Assembly: GCA_963555825.3 (NCBI GenBank)
Contig: CAUVXB020000002.1
Coordinates: forward strand, 3,520,001 to 3,584,000
Direction: 5' to 3'
From: Alphaproteobacteria bacterium
Lineage (GTDB): Bacteria > Pseudomonadota > Alphaproteobacteria > JAAXGF01
DNA length: 64,000 nucleotides
The translations under genes and the position numbers were made by a program. Below, piece after piece: positions 32,349 to 43,298 of this stretch. Each line of letters begins with the position of its first letter. The first letter of the stretch is position 1. The notes beneath the pieces are model-generated. The model had not been told where the DNA came from. It made no database searches and saw nothing but the letters and a program-made list of their open reading frames with translations.

Positions 32349-33860
32349 ATGAATGTCCAAGAATCGATTAGAAACGTAGACATAAAGCAGGCTAGAAACT
32401 ACGTGAACGGTGAATGGGTCGAACCCCAGGACTGCAAATGGCTGGACATCGAAAATCCCAGCACCGGGGAGATCATCGGCGAGGTTCCCCTGTCCAGCAC
32501 CGAGCAAACCAACGAAGCCATTGACGCCGCCCACGCTGCATTTCCAGCTTGGGCCGCCACTCCGGTCGACAAACGGGTGGCCCCGCTGTTCACGCTTGCC
32601 GGATTGATTCGCGCCAACCATGAAAGAATCTGCCGCGTCCTGTCCGAGGAAATGGGCAAGTCTTTGCCCGACGCGCGGGCCGAGATAGCCCGCACGCTGG
32701 AGAACGTCGAAGTCTCTTGCGGCATGCCGATCATGCAGCAGGGCGACAAACTGATCGGAGCGGCGCCGGGCGTCGACGGTGAGGTCATCCGCCTCCCCAT
32801 GGGCGTCTTCGCCATGATCGCGCCATTCAACTTCCCCGGTATGGTTCCCTTCTGGTTCCTGCCCTACGCCATCGCGTCGGGCAACACCTTCGTGCTGAAG
32901 CCCTCAAAGCAGGTCCCCCTGACCATGCAGTTGATCACCGAGTACATCGATCAATGCGGTTTCCCCAAGGGCGTGTTCAACATGGTGTGCGGCGACCGCG
33001 TGGTGGCTGACGCCTTTATGGAGCATCCCGCCGTCAAGGGCGTTTCGGTCGTCGGTTCGTCTCCGGTCTGCCAGATCATCGCCAACAAGTGCGCCGCCAA
33101 GAACAAGCGCTTCCAGGCCATGGGCGCAGCCAAGAACCATCTGGTGGTGATGGAAGACGCCAAGGTCGACGACGTCATCCGCAATCTGATCACCTCGGGT
33201 TACGGTTGCGCCGGCCAGCGCTGCATGGCCTCTTCGGTCGTCATCACCGTTGGCAAGAAGATTCACGAAGAAATTCTCCCCAAGTACATTCAGGCGGCCA
33301 AGGATGTGGTCGTCGCCGACCCCTTGGACCCCAAGGTGGCGGACGAGCAGATGGTGATGGGCCCGATGGTCTCGGCCACGGCCAAGAAATTCGTCGAGGA
33401 GATGATCGAAACCGGCGTCAAGGAAGGCGCCAATCTGGTCCTCGACGGGCGCGGTCTGGTGGTTCCCGGTTGCGAGAACGGACACTTCCTGGGCACCACG
33501 GTGTTCACCGATGTCAAGGAGGGAATGGAAATCCACAACATCGAGATTTTCGGACCCGTGCAGTCGATCATGAACGTCGATACCCTGGATGACGCCATCC
33601 GGATTATCAACGACCACGCCTATGGCAACGGCTGTTCGCTCTACACCCAGAACGGTTATTGGGCGCGCAAATTCAAGATCGAGGCCCAGAGCGGGATGAT
33701 CGGCATCAACGTCGGCATTCCGGCGCCGGTGGCTTACCTGCCGTTTGGTGGCATGAAGCAGTCGCAGTTCGCCGACATCAAGACCCAGGGCGTCGCGGCG
33801 GTTAGGTTCTTCACCGAAGACAAGATCGTCACCGAACGCTTCTGGTCTGAAGAAGACTAA
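32349..33860 (+). CDS. CoA-acylating (methyl)malonate-semialdehyde dehydrogenase family protein, divergent paralog
   Basis: Strong RBS; PFNFP, AMGAAKNH, GCAGQRCMA catalytic Cys, EIFGPV, GINVGIPAP. Confidence 0.88.
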   Translation: MNVQESIRNVDIKQARNYVNGEWVEPQDCKWLDIENPSTGEIIGEVPLSSTEQTNEAIDAAHAAFPAWAATPVDKRVAPLFTLAGLIRANHERICRVLSEEMGKSLPDARAEIARTLENVEVSCGMPIMQQGDKLIGAAPGVDGEVIRLPMGVFAMIAPFNFPGMVPFWFLPYAIASGNTFVLKPSKQVPLTMQLITEYIDQCGFPKGVFNMVCGDRVVADAFMEHPAVKGVSVVGSSPVCQIIANKCAAKNKRFQAMGAAKNHLVVMEDAKVDDVIRNLITSGYGCAGQRCMASSVVITVGKKIHEEILPKYIQAAKDVVVADPLDPKVADEQMVMGPMVSATAKKFVEEMIETGVKEGANLVLDGRGLVVPGCENGHFLGTTVFTDVKEGMEIHNIEIFGPVQSIMNVDTLDDAIRIINDHAYGNGCSLYTQNGYWARKFKIEAQSGMIGINVGIPAPVAYLPFGGMKQSQFADIKTQGVAAVRFFTEDKIVTERFWSEED

Positions 33861-33880
33861 CCGGCGCAATTGCATGAAAT

Positions 33881-33905
33881 GGACCGCGGGCATCGCCCGC
33901 GGTCC
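33881..33905. terminator. GC-rich hairpin downstream of the two convergent aldehyde dehydrogenases
   Basis: GGACCGCGGGC-atc-GCCCGCGGTCC, 11-bp perfect stem; no clear U tract. Confidence 0.5.
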
Positions 33906-33955
33906 CGGTGCAAACGACTGCGCCGGCGATGGGCGTGGTCATGGATCCGGCGCTT

Positions 33956-34025
33956 GCGCTCGATCTCGCCGCTCCGGATCAGCGCTCGGTAGGTGCTTGG
34001 CAGGTCATCGCCCACGGCCGATCCA
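33956..34025 (-). pseudogene. Degenerate relic of the zapE 5' end (direct repeat copy B)
   Basis: Minus strand reads V-GDDLPSTYRALIRSGEIER versus ZapE MGDDPLSAYRALIRSGEIER. Confidence 0.8.
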
Positions 34026-34042
34026 GTGCGTTGGGCTGCGCC

Positions 34043-35542
<1,500 letters not shown>

Positions 35543-35674
35543 GGATGTCCTCCTGGCGGCGGCGCCCGAAAAAGTCGTCTCGTTGGATTTAGTATTAGCC
35601 CAAATGAACAAGCCGTCGCCGGCTGGCGCAAGCGAAATCTTGGTTGGGCGCGGCATATCACGAACGCGGTTGGA

Positions 35675-35704
35675 TTGACAGGTTTCCTGACCACTCCCTA
35701 GAGT
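35675..35704 (+). promoter_or_regulatory. Candidate sigma70 promoter, originally driving the cyclase array
   Basis: TTGACA-N18-TAGAGT, ending 11 bp before the IS256 target duplication; removing the IS nest puts it just upstream of the GGAGGAGG RBS of 41541. Confidence 0.5.
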
Positions 35705-35823
35705 GCCTGCAAAACAAATAAGCAGAGCTATAACCGAATCTTGTGTACGGCGTTGAAATGAAGGCGGCGTATCCTGGTGATTGTTGATGTCACCACTTGA
35801 GCTAAGCCAAGGAAGGATACGCC

Positions 35824-37068
35824 ATGAAAGAGAATACCGTTGTTGCTTTTCAAAACCCATCTGATTTTCAGAAAGATCCGTTGACGGAAGTCCTACAAGC
35901 TGGAGCTCGCGAGTTGTTGGCCCAAGCCGTTGAGGCCGAGGTCTCCGTGTTTTTGGGTAGCCATGCGGCGCTTGTTGACGCCGCCGGCCGCCGCCGGGTT
36001 GTCCGCAATGGATATCTGCCGGAACGCTTCATCCAGACCGGGATCGGCCCGGTGAGCGTGCGCCAACCCCGTGTGCGGGACCGGGGGGACGGCGCCATCC
36101 GCTTCACGTCGGCGATCCTGCCGCGCTATCTGCGCCGCGCCAAGAGCCTGGAAGACCTTTTGCCATGGCTGTATCTGAAGGGCATTTCCACCGGCGACTT
36201 CGGGGAAGCCTTGGCGGCGCTCCTGGGGAGCTCCGCGCCGGGGCTTTCGGCCTCCACGATCACCCGGCTGAAAGAGGTCTGGGGGGTTGAGGCGGAGCGC
36301 TGGCAACGGCGCGACCTCACGGCCAAGCGCTACGTCTATTTCTGGGTGGACGGCATCTATTTCAGCGCCCGCATGGAGGAAGAGAAGCAGTGCATCCTGG
36401 TGATCGTCGGGGCCACGGACAAGGGACAGAAGGAACTGATCGCCATCGCCGACGGCTATCGCGAAAGTGAGCAGTCCTGGCTCGAAGTTCTGCTCGATCT
36501 CAAGCGGCGCGGCCTTGAAATGGGTCCGCAACTGGCGCTCGGCGACGGCGCGCTCGGCTTCTGGAAGGCGCTCCGCCAAGTCTACCCAGGCGCCCGCGAG
36601 CAACGCTGCTGGGTTCACAAGACGGGCAACGTCTTGAACAAGCTGCCCAAGGGTCTGCAAAAGAAAGCCAAGGGGCGCCTGCAAGACATCTGGATGGCCG
36701 AAACCAGGAAGGATGCCGAGAGCGCCTTCGACTTCTTCCTGGAAGCCTACGGGCCGAAGTACGACAAGGCCGCGGCCTGCCTGGCCAAGGACCGCGACGT
36801 CCTGCTGACGTTCTACGACTTCCCCGCCGAGCACTGGAAGCATGTACGCACGACCAACCCCATCGAGAGCACGTTCGCCACGGTTCGTCTGCGCACCTAC
36901 CGGACCAAGGGCTGCCTGTCGCGCAAGACGGCGATGGCCATGGTCTTCAAACTATGCCAGTGCGCTCAGAGAAAATGGAGAAAACTCGATGGATCGAACC
37001 ATCTCGCCGAGATCATTCGCGGCGTCAAATTCGTAGATGGAGAACGCCAGGATCGCGCCGCCGCATGA
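35824..37068 (+). CDS. IS256 (Mutator-type) transposase
   Basis: RNGY, YFWVDGIY, GDGALGF, QRCWVHK, RTTNPIES. Confidence 0.95.
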   Translation: MKENTVVAFQNPSDFQKDPLTEVLQAGARELLAQAVEAEVSVFLGSHAALVDAAGRRRVVRNGYLPERFIQTGIGPVSVRQPRVRDRGDGAIRFTSAILPRYLRRAKSLEDLLPWLYLKGISTGDFGEALAALLGSSAPGLSASTITRLKEVWGVEAERWQRRDLTAKRYVYFWVDGIYFSARMEEEKQCILVIVGATDKGQKELIAIADGYRESEQSWLEVLLDLKRRGLEMGPQLALGDGALGFWKALRQVYPGAREQRCWVHKTGNVLNKLPKGLQKKAKGRLQDIWMAETRKDAESAFDFFLEAYGPKYDKAAACLAKDRDVLLTFYDFPAEHWKHVRTTNPIESTFATVRLRTYRTKGCLSRKTAMAMVFKLCQCAQRKWRKLDGSNHLAEIIRGVKFVDGERQDRAAA

Positions 37069-37900
37069 TCAGCCCATACACAACTTTTGACGGGGCGGTA
37101 AAAAGTTGTTGGCCGATGGCGTGCTTGTACAGGTCTTTGCGGTTCGGTGAAGAATATTTGCCTGTCTCCGCGTTGCTGGTGGATAAAACCTGATATTACC
37201 TACCCTTGGCTTCTCCTTGGCTTCGTTTTTTATGGTGCGATTGCCGCGCAGCGTCGGATATTGAGGCCGAGGGCACGCAGATTGACCACGTAGCGCATGG
37301 CCGGCATGCCGCGAATGCGTAGGTGAGCCAGGTTCATCTGGTACTTTAATCGCGACATGGTCGCTTCTATGCCGGCCCGCCATCTGTAGACGTTGCGGAA
37401 GGCATCGCTTTGTTCATAAAGCCGGCGCTTTTGGTTGGCAGCCCTGGCCGGGGTATATTGAAAGCGGGAAAATTGGCCGTCACGCTTGGCCGCCTGCACG
37501 GGACATCGCAGTATATCGGGACATTTTTGGCAGATGGAGAGGTCGAAACGGGCCTGCAGCTTGGCTTTGGCGAGCGAGGCTGAAACCGGTTCGACGTTAT
37601 TGGGACAGCGCAAGACCAAGCCTTCTTCGTTGAGAGTGAAATCCTCCAACGTCAACCGTCCCGAGACGGCGCCTTTCGGCGGTCGTGCGGGCGCCACGAG
37701 ATTGATGTTCTGTTCGCGCGTCAGAGCCATGTTGTCACTGGAACCGTAATGTGAATCACCCAGCATCACCGCCGGCGTCAGCGCGCGCTCGCTCAGATCA
37801 TCCAGCGCATCGGCTAAGCGATGGCCGTCATGCACCGTCATCTTGTGGACCTCCACGTGGGTGATGAGGTCCGGTGTCGCGGCAACCGCCTCGTTACTGA

Positions 37901-39074
37901 TACCGCATCCGGCTGATCAGTTCGGATAGATGGTTTTGGGCCACCAGTGGAAGTCGATACGCCCCTTGAAGAGTTCGGGATTGGCATCGAGAGTGAGGCA
38001 GCGCCGGGCGACGACGGCGTCGAGTTCCTCGATGGTCTCGAAGTGTCTGTTTGCGACCGGCTCGTCGAGTACGGGCCAGAGACATTCGGCCGGTTGCAGC
38101 TGGGGCGTATAGGGCGGCAAGTAGACGAGGTGGAGGCCTTCCGGCACCGTGAGGTTCGGCGCCGTGTGCCACCCGGCGCCGTCGATCACCAGGATGATGA
38201 TGCGGCTCTGCCCAGCGCCGGCCTCGCGGGCGAAGAGGGCGAGCAGCTTCTCGAAGAATGGCTTGGAGACACAATTGGAGATGTACCAAAAGGTCTCTCC
38301 GCTGGTCGGCGAGACGAGGGCGGTGACGTAGAGCCATTTGAAGCGGTGGTGGCCGAGCGCCACCGGGCGCATCCCGCGCGGCGCCCAGCAGCGCCGGGCC
38401 AATGGCTTCAGACCGAGCCGGTGTTCGTCGCTGGCGAAGACTTCGATCGGCGTGCCGGGGTGGCGCTCGGCTTCTTCCGCGACCAGGCGGTGAAGTTTTT
38501 TTTAAACGCCTGGCGTTCTTCCTCGCTCGCCGCCCCGGGGTTGTTCGGCCTGGGCACCTGCAAACTCCACTCGACTGCCTTCAGCGCCTCCCAGCCCCGT
38601 TGCGGCGCCACCGTCTCCAAGCCCAGTTCGCCCGCCATCCAAGCCGCCACCTTCGGCCCAGACCACAAGCCGCCGTCCGCCGGCGGCTTTTTCAGGCGCT
38701 CTTTCAACACCGCCAGGACTTCCGGCTTCAGGATCGTCGCCTCGGAGCCGTTCGAGCGTCGACGATCGCCCAGCGACGACGGGCCGAGCTTGTTGTAGCG
38801 AGAAAGCAATTGTTCGAGCCAGCGTTGGCCGAAACTCGTCATCTCCGACACTTCGCGAACCGTATGGCCTTTGGCCAAAAGCCAGATCACCTGGAAGTGC
38901 CGCGCCTCCGTCGCCTCCGACGCCGAGCGATACCGTCCCTCCAACTCAGAAAGCTGCAAATGTTCCTCGACATGCGCCATGTCCCGCCCCTCCGCGAATC
39001 ATGACTACGGATCCTAACCCTTTCCGATTCCAACGGGAATCCGTCGCAACCGAATCATTCAGGCGGAGTCGGTA
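37901..39074 (-). mobile_element. Second IS630-family species (1174 bp)
   Basis: Ends TACCG...CGGTA; TGA duplicated. Confidence 0.9.
37917..38980 (-). CDS. IS630 transposase (orfA/orfB frameshift at an A8 run)
   Basis: HTH orfA; DGAGWH, PPYTPQLQPAE; TTTAAAAAAAAC at ~38495-38506 on the minus strand. Confidence 0.88.
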
Positions 39075-39828
39075 TGACATCTTCACAATAGGTTTCGACG
39101 ATCTGCGCCATGTATCCTTGACCCTTGTGCGCGTTGTAGCTCGCGTCCGGGTCGGCCGGATTGCCGACGGTATCGCACGGCACATCCTTTGGATCTCGAA
39201 TCGCGGCGCGCGTTGCGTCACGATCGCCATACTCATCATCAACGATCTCGAACTGATCGCGCAGAACCCTCTCCAGGATCGCAAAACTGGAAAGCTTTGC
39301 CGCCGCCGTGTCACGGAATTGCAGCACCAGGGCTAGGAGATACTGACCCGCTTCGCCGAGGCGCCGTTTTGAAACACTCGGCGCCGTATTCGCGAACGCG
39401 CCATTACCCTCGCGATCGACATAGCGGCGGATCACCTCCTTGCTGATCTGCTCGTGCAGACCGGGATGATATCGCTCAAGCTCACGGGCAAACTTCGAGA
39501 TGCTCTCAACAACGATACCAAGTCGTGTCAGCGCCCGCATTGCCGAACGAAGGGCCGTCGAATCCATGCGTTGGTGGCTGGTATCGACAGAGAACCCCTG
39601 CACCAGCCGATCCGTCAAACACCGGAACAGCAATTCATCGAGACCTTGTTCGATAAACAGACGGCGATAGTTGCGCAGGGTTTTCTCACAGAAATAGCTG
39701 TCCGCTTCGCTGCGCACGTCCAAGGCATAGTGCCACGCCATATTGAAGGCCAGGGCCTCGACGGTCTCTGCATCGCTCAGATCGTGCAGCTGCTGTATCG
39801 CACCCGGTTCCTTGGACACAAGTTTATC

Positions 39829-40740
39829 TCATGCGGCGGGCCTGAGTGACATCGCGGTGTGCCACGCCTGACGAGCTTGAGCGGGGCTCAGGTAGCCGTT
39901 CTTCTCCACGATCCACTGGGCATTGTACTGTTCGACGAACCCGCGGACGGCGTTCCGCAGCTCCGCGATGTTGCGGTAGATGCGGCCATGGATGATCTGT
40001 TCCTTGAGCGTGCGATTGAACCTCTCGGCGACGCCGTTGGTCTGGGGCTGTTCGACGAAGGCGTAGGACGGCTGGATGCCCCAGAACTTGATCTGGTTGG
40101 TGAAGTGGTCCGACAGATACTGGGAGCCGTGATCCATCCGCAAGGCCAGCCCCCGCGCCGCACCGGCGGAGGTCGAGGCATACAGCCTCGCAAGCCCCAT
40201 GGAGATCGGCTGAAGGGCGGCGAAGCGGTCGCCTCGCTTGCACACATGCCAGCCGACGCACTCGGCGTTCCAATGCTCGATGGCGGTGAATATCCAGCCC
40301 CAGCCGTCGTCCACCGTGAACACCCGAACGCCGTCCGTGCCCCACATGAGGTTGGGGGCATGGGTGATGATCTCACCGACATGGGGATTTCCGCCACGGC
40401 GGCGGCAGCGATGGGGCGAGAGCAGGTTGTTCTCGCGCATCACCCGGAGCCCCCGCTTGCGGGAAACACGGATGCCACGACAGACCCGAAGCCGAGCCCA
40501 GACCTTGCGGTGTCCCTCGCCCTCCCAGGGGGATGCCTCCAGGTCGGCCTCGATGGCCACCAGCAGAGCCTCGTCCGAGATCGAGGGCTTCGGTCCCCGG
40601 CGCTTTGCTGGTGGGCGCTCAGCGGTGGCCTGCTGCCGGGATTTCATGGCGTAGAACGAGGAACGGGCAAAACCCCAGGCCGCACAGACCCGCTGGAGGC
40701 CGTAGGCCAAACCCGTGCCGGGAGAGGTGGCGGCACTCAT
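39829..40740 (-). CDS. IS3-like OrfB (integrase-core DDE)
   Basis: G.RKVW, WGTD, MDHGSQY, NGVAERFNRTLKE. Confidence 0.9.
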   Translation of the reverse strand: MSAATSPGTGLAYGLQRVCAAWGFARSSFYAMKSRQQATAERPPAKRRGPKPSISDEALLVAIEADLEASPWEGEGHRKVWARLRVCRGIRVSRKRGLRVMRENNLLSPHRCRRRGGNPHVGEIITHAPNLMWGTDGVRVFTVDDGWGWIFTAIEHWNAECVGWHVCKRGDRFAALQPISMGLARLYASTSAGAARGLALRMDHGSQYLSDHFTNQIKFWGIQPSYAFVEQPQTNGVAERFNRTLKEQIIHGRIYRNIAELRNAVRGFVEQYNAQWIVEKNGYLSPAQARQAWHTAMSLRPAA

Positions 40741-41147
40741 CGCCGCGACCTCCGCCGCCCCAAAGGGCCGGACGTCTCCGTCTTGGCCTCCAGCAGTTCC
40801 ACCTGCATGATCAACTCCCCGATCCGCTTCATGGCGATGTCCAGTTCCGCCTTCACCGGATCGCCCTTGCGTTCCTTGAGCGAGGCATCGATCCCGGCGA
40901 TCGCCTTCTCACGCCACTGCTCGAGCCGGAAAATCTCCACGCCCAACTGCCGCGACAAAAGTTCCACCGGCTCGCCACGCAAAAGCCGCAGGGCAACCTC
41001 ACGCTTGCGCGTCACCGTCCACCGCTGGCCAAGTCCCAGCGGGCCTGCCGGCGAAACCTGGCCCGGGGAAAACGTGGACGAGCCAAGCTCGCCCTCGTTT
41101 ACCACAGGCCCATCAACAGCAACTTTGTTCTCAAAATTGTCGGTCAT
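40737..41147 (-). CDS. IS3-like OrfA (HTH + coiled coil)
   Basis: AGGAGG RBS; RWTVTRKREVALRLLRGE...LEQWR, KRIGELIMQVELL; ATGA overlap with orfB. Confidence 0.8.
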   Translation of the reverse strand: MTDNFENKVAVDGPVVNEGELGSSTFSPGQVSPAGPLGLGQRWTVTRKREVALRLLRGEPVELLSRQLGVEIFRLEQWREKAIAGIDASLKERKGDPVKAELDIAMKRIGELIMQVELLEAKTETSGPLGRRRSRR

Positions 41148-41540
41148 GTTCCGGTCCTCCTTGGACACTTCGATTAAGCCAATTCTGTGTCCAAGGAAAT
41201 CGGGTCCGACTCAGATCGTGCAGCTGCTGCAAAAGCAAGACCCCGATGACAACGTGTAGATCCTTCGATGGTCGGCCCATGCGTTCATCAAGGTGACGGC
41301 AAAGATCGTCAACCGGAAGTTCGACAAGCAGATGGTTCCGAAAAACCCCGGCCCAGGATTGCTCCATCAGGCGCCGACGTTTGTCCCCGAAATCGGACCA
41401 GCGATCAAACAATTCCCCAGTCCGTCGGTCGCGTAAAGTAAACATGCACAATTATAATCCAGCCGACTCTCATGAGGAATCGACTTTTTACCGCCCCGTC
41501 AACTTTTGACAATAGCTCAAATAAGCATTCGGAGGAGGAC

Positions 41541-43298
41541 GTGACCCAGGCGCGCGTCGAACGCAGGCTCGCCGCGATTCTCGCGGCCGACGTCGTCGGC
41601 TATTCGCGGCTCATGGGCGCCGATGAGGCGGGCACTCTTGCGCGGCTCCAGGCGCTGCGCGCCGAGGCGGTCGATCCGGCCATCGCCGAGCACAACGGCC
41701 GCATGGTCAAGCTGATGGGCGACGGCGCGCTGGTCGAGTTTGGCAGCGTCGTCGACGCCGTCGCCTGCGCGGTCGCGGTCCAGAACGCGGTCGCCGAGGC
41801 GGGCGGCGAGCTGCCCGCGGACCAACGCATCGTCTTCCGCATCGGCGTCAACCTGGGCGACGTCATTGTCGAGGGCGACGACATCTACGGCGACGGCGTC
41901 AACGTTGCCTCGCGCCTGCAGGAGATCGCCGAGCCGGGCGGCGTGTGCATCTCGGGCAGCGTCTTCGAACAGATCAAGGGCAAGCTCGATGCCGCCTTTG
42001 ACGACATGGGCGCCCAAGACGTCAAGAACATCGCCGAACCGGTGCGTGCTTACCGCTGGGCAGGATGCCTCACCGCGCCGCCGGTCGCGGCGTCGCTCGC
42101 GCTTCCCAACAAACCGTCGATCGCCGTGCTGCCGTTCGACAACATGTCCGATGACCCGGCACAGGAATTCTTCGCCGACGGCATAGCCGAGGACATCATC
42201 GCTGCGCTGTCGCGTTTCCACTGGTTCTTCGTGATCTCGCGCAACTCGAGCTTCACGTACAAGGGCAAGGCGGTGGACGTGAAGCAGGCGGCGCGCGAAC
42301 TGGGCGTTCAATATGTGTTGGAAGGCAGCGTGCGCAAGGCGGGCGAGAGGGTGCGCATCACCGCCCAGTTGATCGACGCGGTCGGCGACCACCACGTCTG
42401 GGCCGAACGCTACGACCGCGTGCTCGAGGACATCTTCGCCGTGCAGGACGAGATCACCCAGTCGATCGTCGGCAAGGTGGCGCCAGAGTTTCTCGACGCC
42501 GAGATGCAGCGCGCGCGACGCAAGGAGGTGCCGCGTCTCGACGCCTGGGAGCTGGTGACCCGCGCGCACTGGCACGTCACGCAGTTCTCCAAGGAGGACA
42601 ACGTCGAGGCGCGGTCGTTGCTGCTCAAGGCCGTCGAGCTCGACCCGGAGACTTCGTTCGGACTGGCCGACCTGTCGTTCACCTACCTGCGCGATTGGGT
42701 CTACGGCCTGAGCGACGATCAGGAACACGCGATGGCCAAGGCGATAGGGATCGCCGAGCGGGCGGTCGCGATCAACCCGCGCGACGCCTACGCCCACGCC
42801 CTGCTCGGCGCCGCCGCGCTCTACTCCGGCCGGCACGACGACGCGGTCCCTCACCTCGAACAGGCGATCACGCTCAACCCCAACGCCCCGCACGCCTATT
42901 CCATCCTCGGCAGGACGCAGATCTACCTGGGCGAGTCCGAGCGCGGACTCGAAACCGTCAACCGGGCGATCCGCCTGAGCCCGCGAGACCCGATGATCAC
43001 CCTCTGGTTTGGCATTCAGTCGGTCGCGGCCTTCATGGACGAACGTTATGACGACGCGCTCGATTGGGCGAAGTCCGCGATCCGCGCCCAGCCGCAACGC
43101 AACACCGCCTACCTCGACCTGGCGGCGGCATGCGCACGGCTGGGCAAGGCCGAGGAGGCGGCCGAGGCCGTGGCGACCTTCGAGCGCCTGACCGTGAACC
43201 CGTCGCTCGACCAGGCCGCCCGCATCCACCCGTTCACCCGAGCGGTCGACCGCGAGCGTTATCTGGGCGCTCTGCGCAAGGCGGGGCTGGCGGAATGA
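41541..43298 (+). CDS. Class III adenylate cyclase - TolB-like - TPR protein 1
   Basis: GGAGGAGG RBS + GTG; AADVVGYS, KLMGDG, DIYGDGVNVASRL; SIAVLPFDN...EGSVR...HVWAERYDR; TPR repeats. Confidence 0.92.
   Translation: MTQARVERRLAAILAADVVGYSRLMGADEAGTLARLQALRAEAVDPAIAEHNGRMVKLMGDGALVEFGSVVDAVACAVAVQNAVAEAGGELPADQRIVFRIGVNLGDVIVEGDDIYGDGVNVASRLQEIAEPGGVCISGSVFEQIKGKLDAAFDDMGAQDVKNIAEPVRAYRWAGCLTAPPVAASLALPNKPSIAVLPFDNMSDDPAQEFFADGIAEDIIAALSRFHWFFVISRNSSFTYKGKAVDVKQAARELGVQYVLEGSVRKAGERVRITAQLIDAVGDHHVWAERYDRVLEDIFAVQDEITQSIVGKVAPEFLDAEMQRARRKEVPRLDAWELVTRAHWHVTQFSKEDNVEARSLLLKAVELDPETSFGLADLSFTYLRDWVYGLSDDQEHAMAKAIGIAERAVAINPRDAYAHALLGAAALYSGRHDDAVPHLEQAITLNPNAPHAYSILGRTQIYLGESERGLETVNRAIRLSPRDPMITLWFGIQSVAAFMDERYDDALDWAKSAIRAQPQRNTAYLDLAAACARLGKAEEAAEAVATFERLTVNPSLDQAARIHPFTRAVDRERYLGALRKAGLAE

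Larger units (their letters stand above)
39794..41213 (-). mobile_element. Two-ORF IS3-like element (1420 bp) with a 14-bp target duplication
   Basis: TG...CA ends with IR core TTCCTTGGACACA; GATCGTGCAGCTGC at 39780-39793 and 41214-41227. Confidence 0.85.
37230..41445 (-). pseudogene. Transposase of the ISDol1-like element, broken into three pieces
   Basis: Pieces ~41214-41445, ~39075-39793 and 37230-37900 rejoin in frame (LLQQLHDLSDAE and YCEDVSNEAVAATPDLITHVEVH); GRPS, RMDST, DPDASY, GDSHY, RAGIEAT. Confidence 0.85.
37089..41500 (-). mobile_element. ISNCY (ISDol1-like / IS1182-related) element inserted in the IS256 right IR
   Basis: TIR GACGGGGCGGTAAAAAGT...ACTTTTTACCGCCCCGTC; 7-bp duplication AACTTTT (37082-37088 / 41501-41507); family call from end style and protein, not searched. 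Confidence 0.8.
35725..41518 (+). mobile_element. IS256-family element whose right IR is split by nested insertions
   Basis: Left IR GAGCTATAACCGAATCTTGTGTACGG; restored right IR CCATACACAACTTTTGACAATAGCTC; 9-bp duplication AAATAAGCA (35716-35724 / 41519-41527). Confidence 0.9.
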
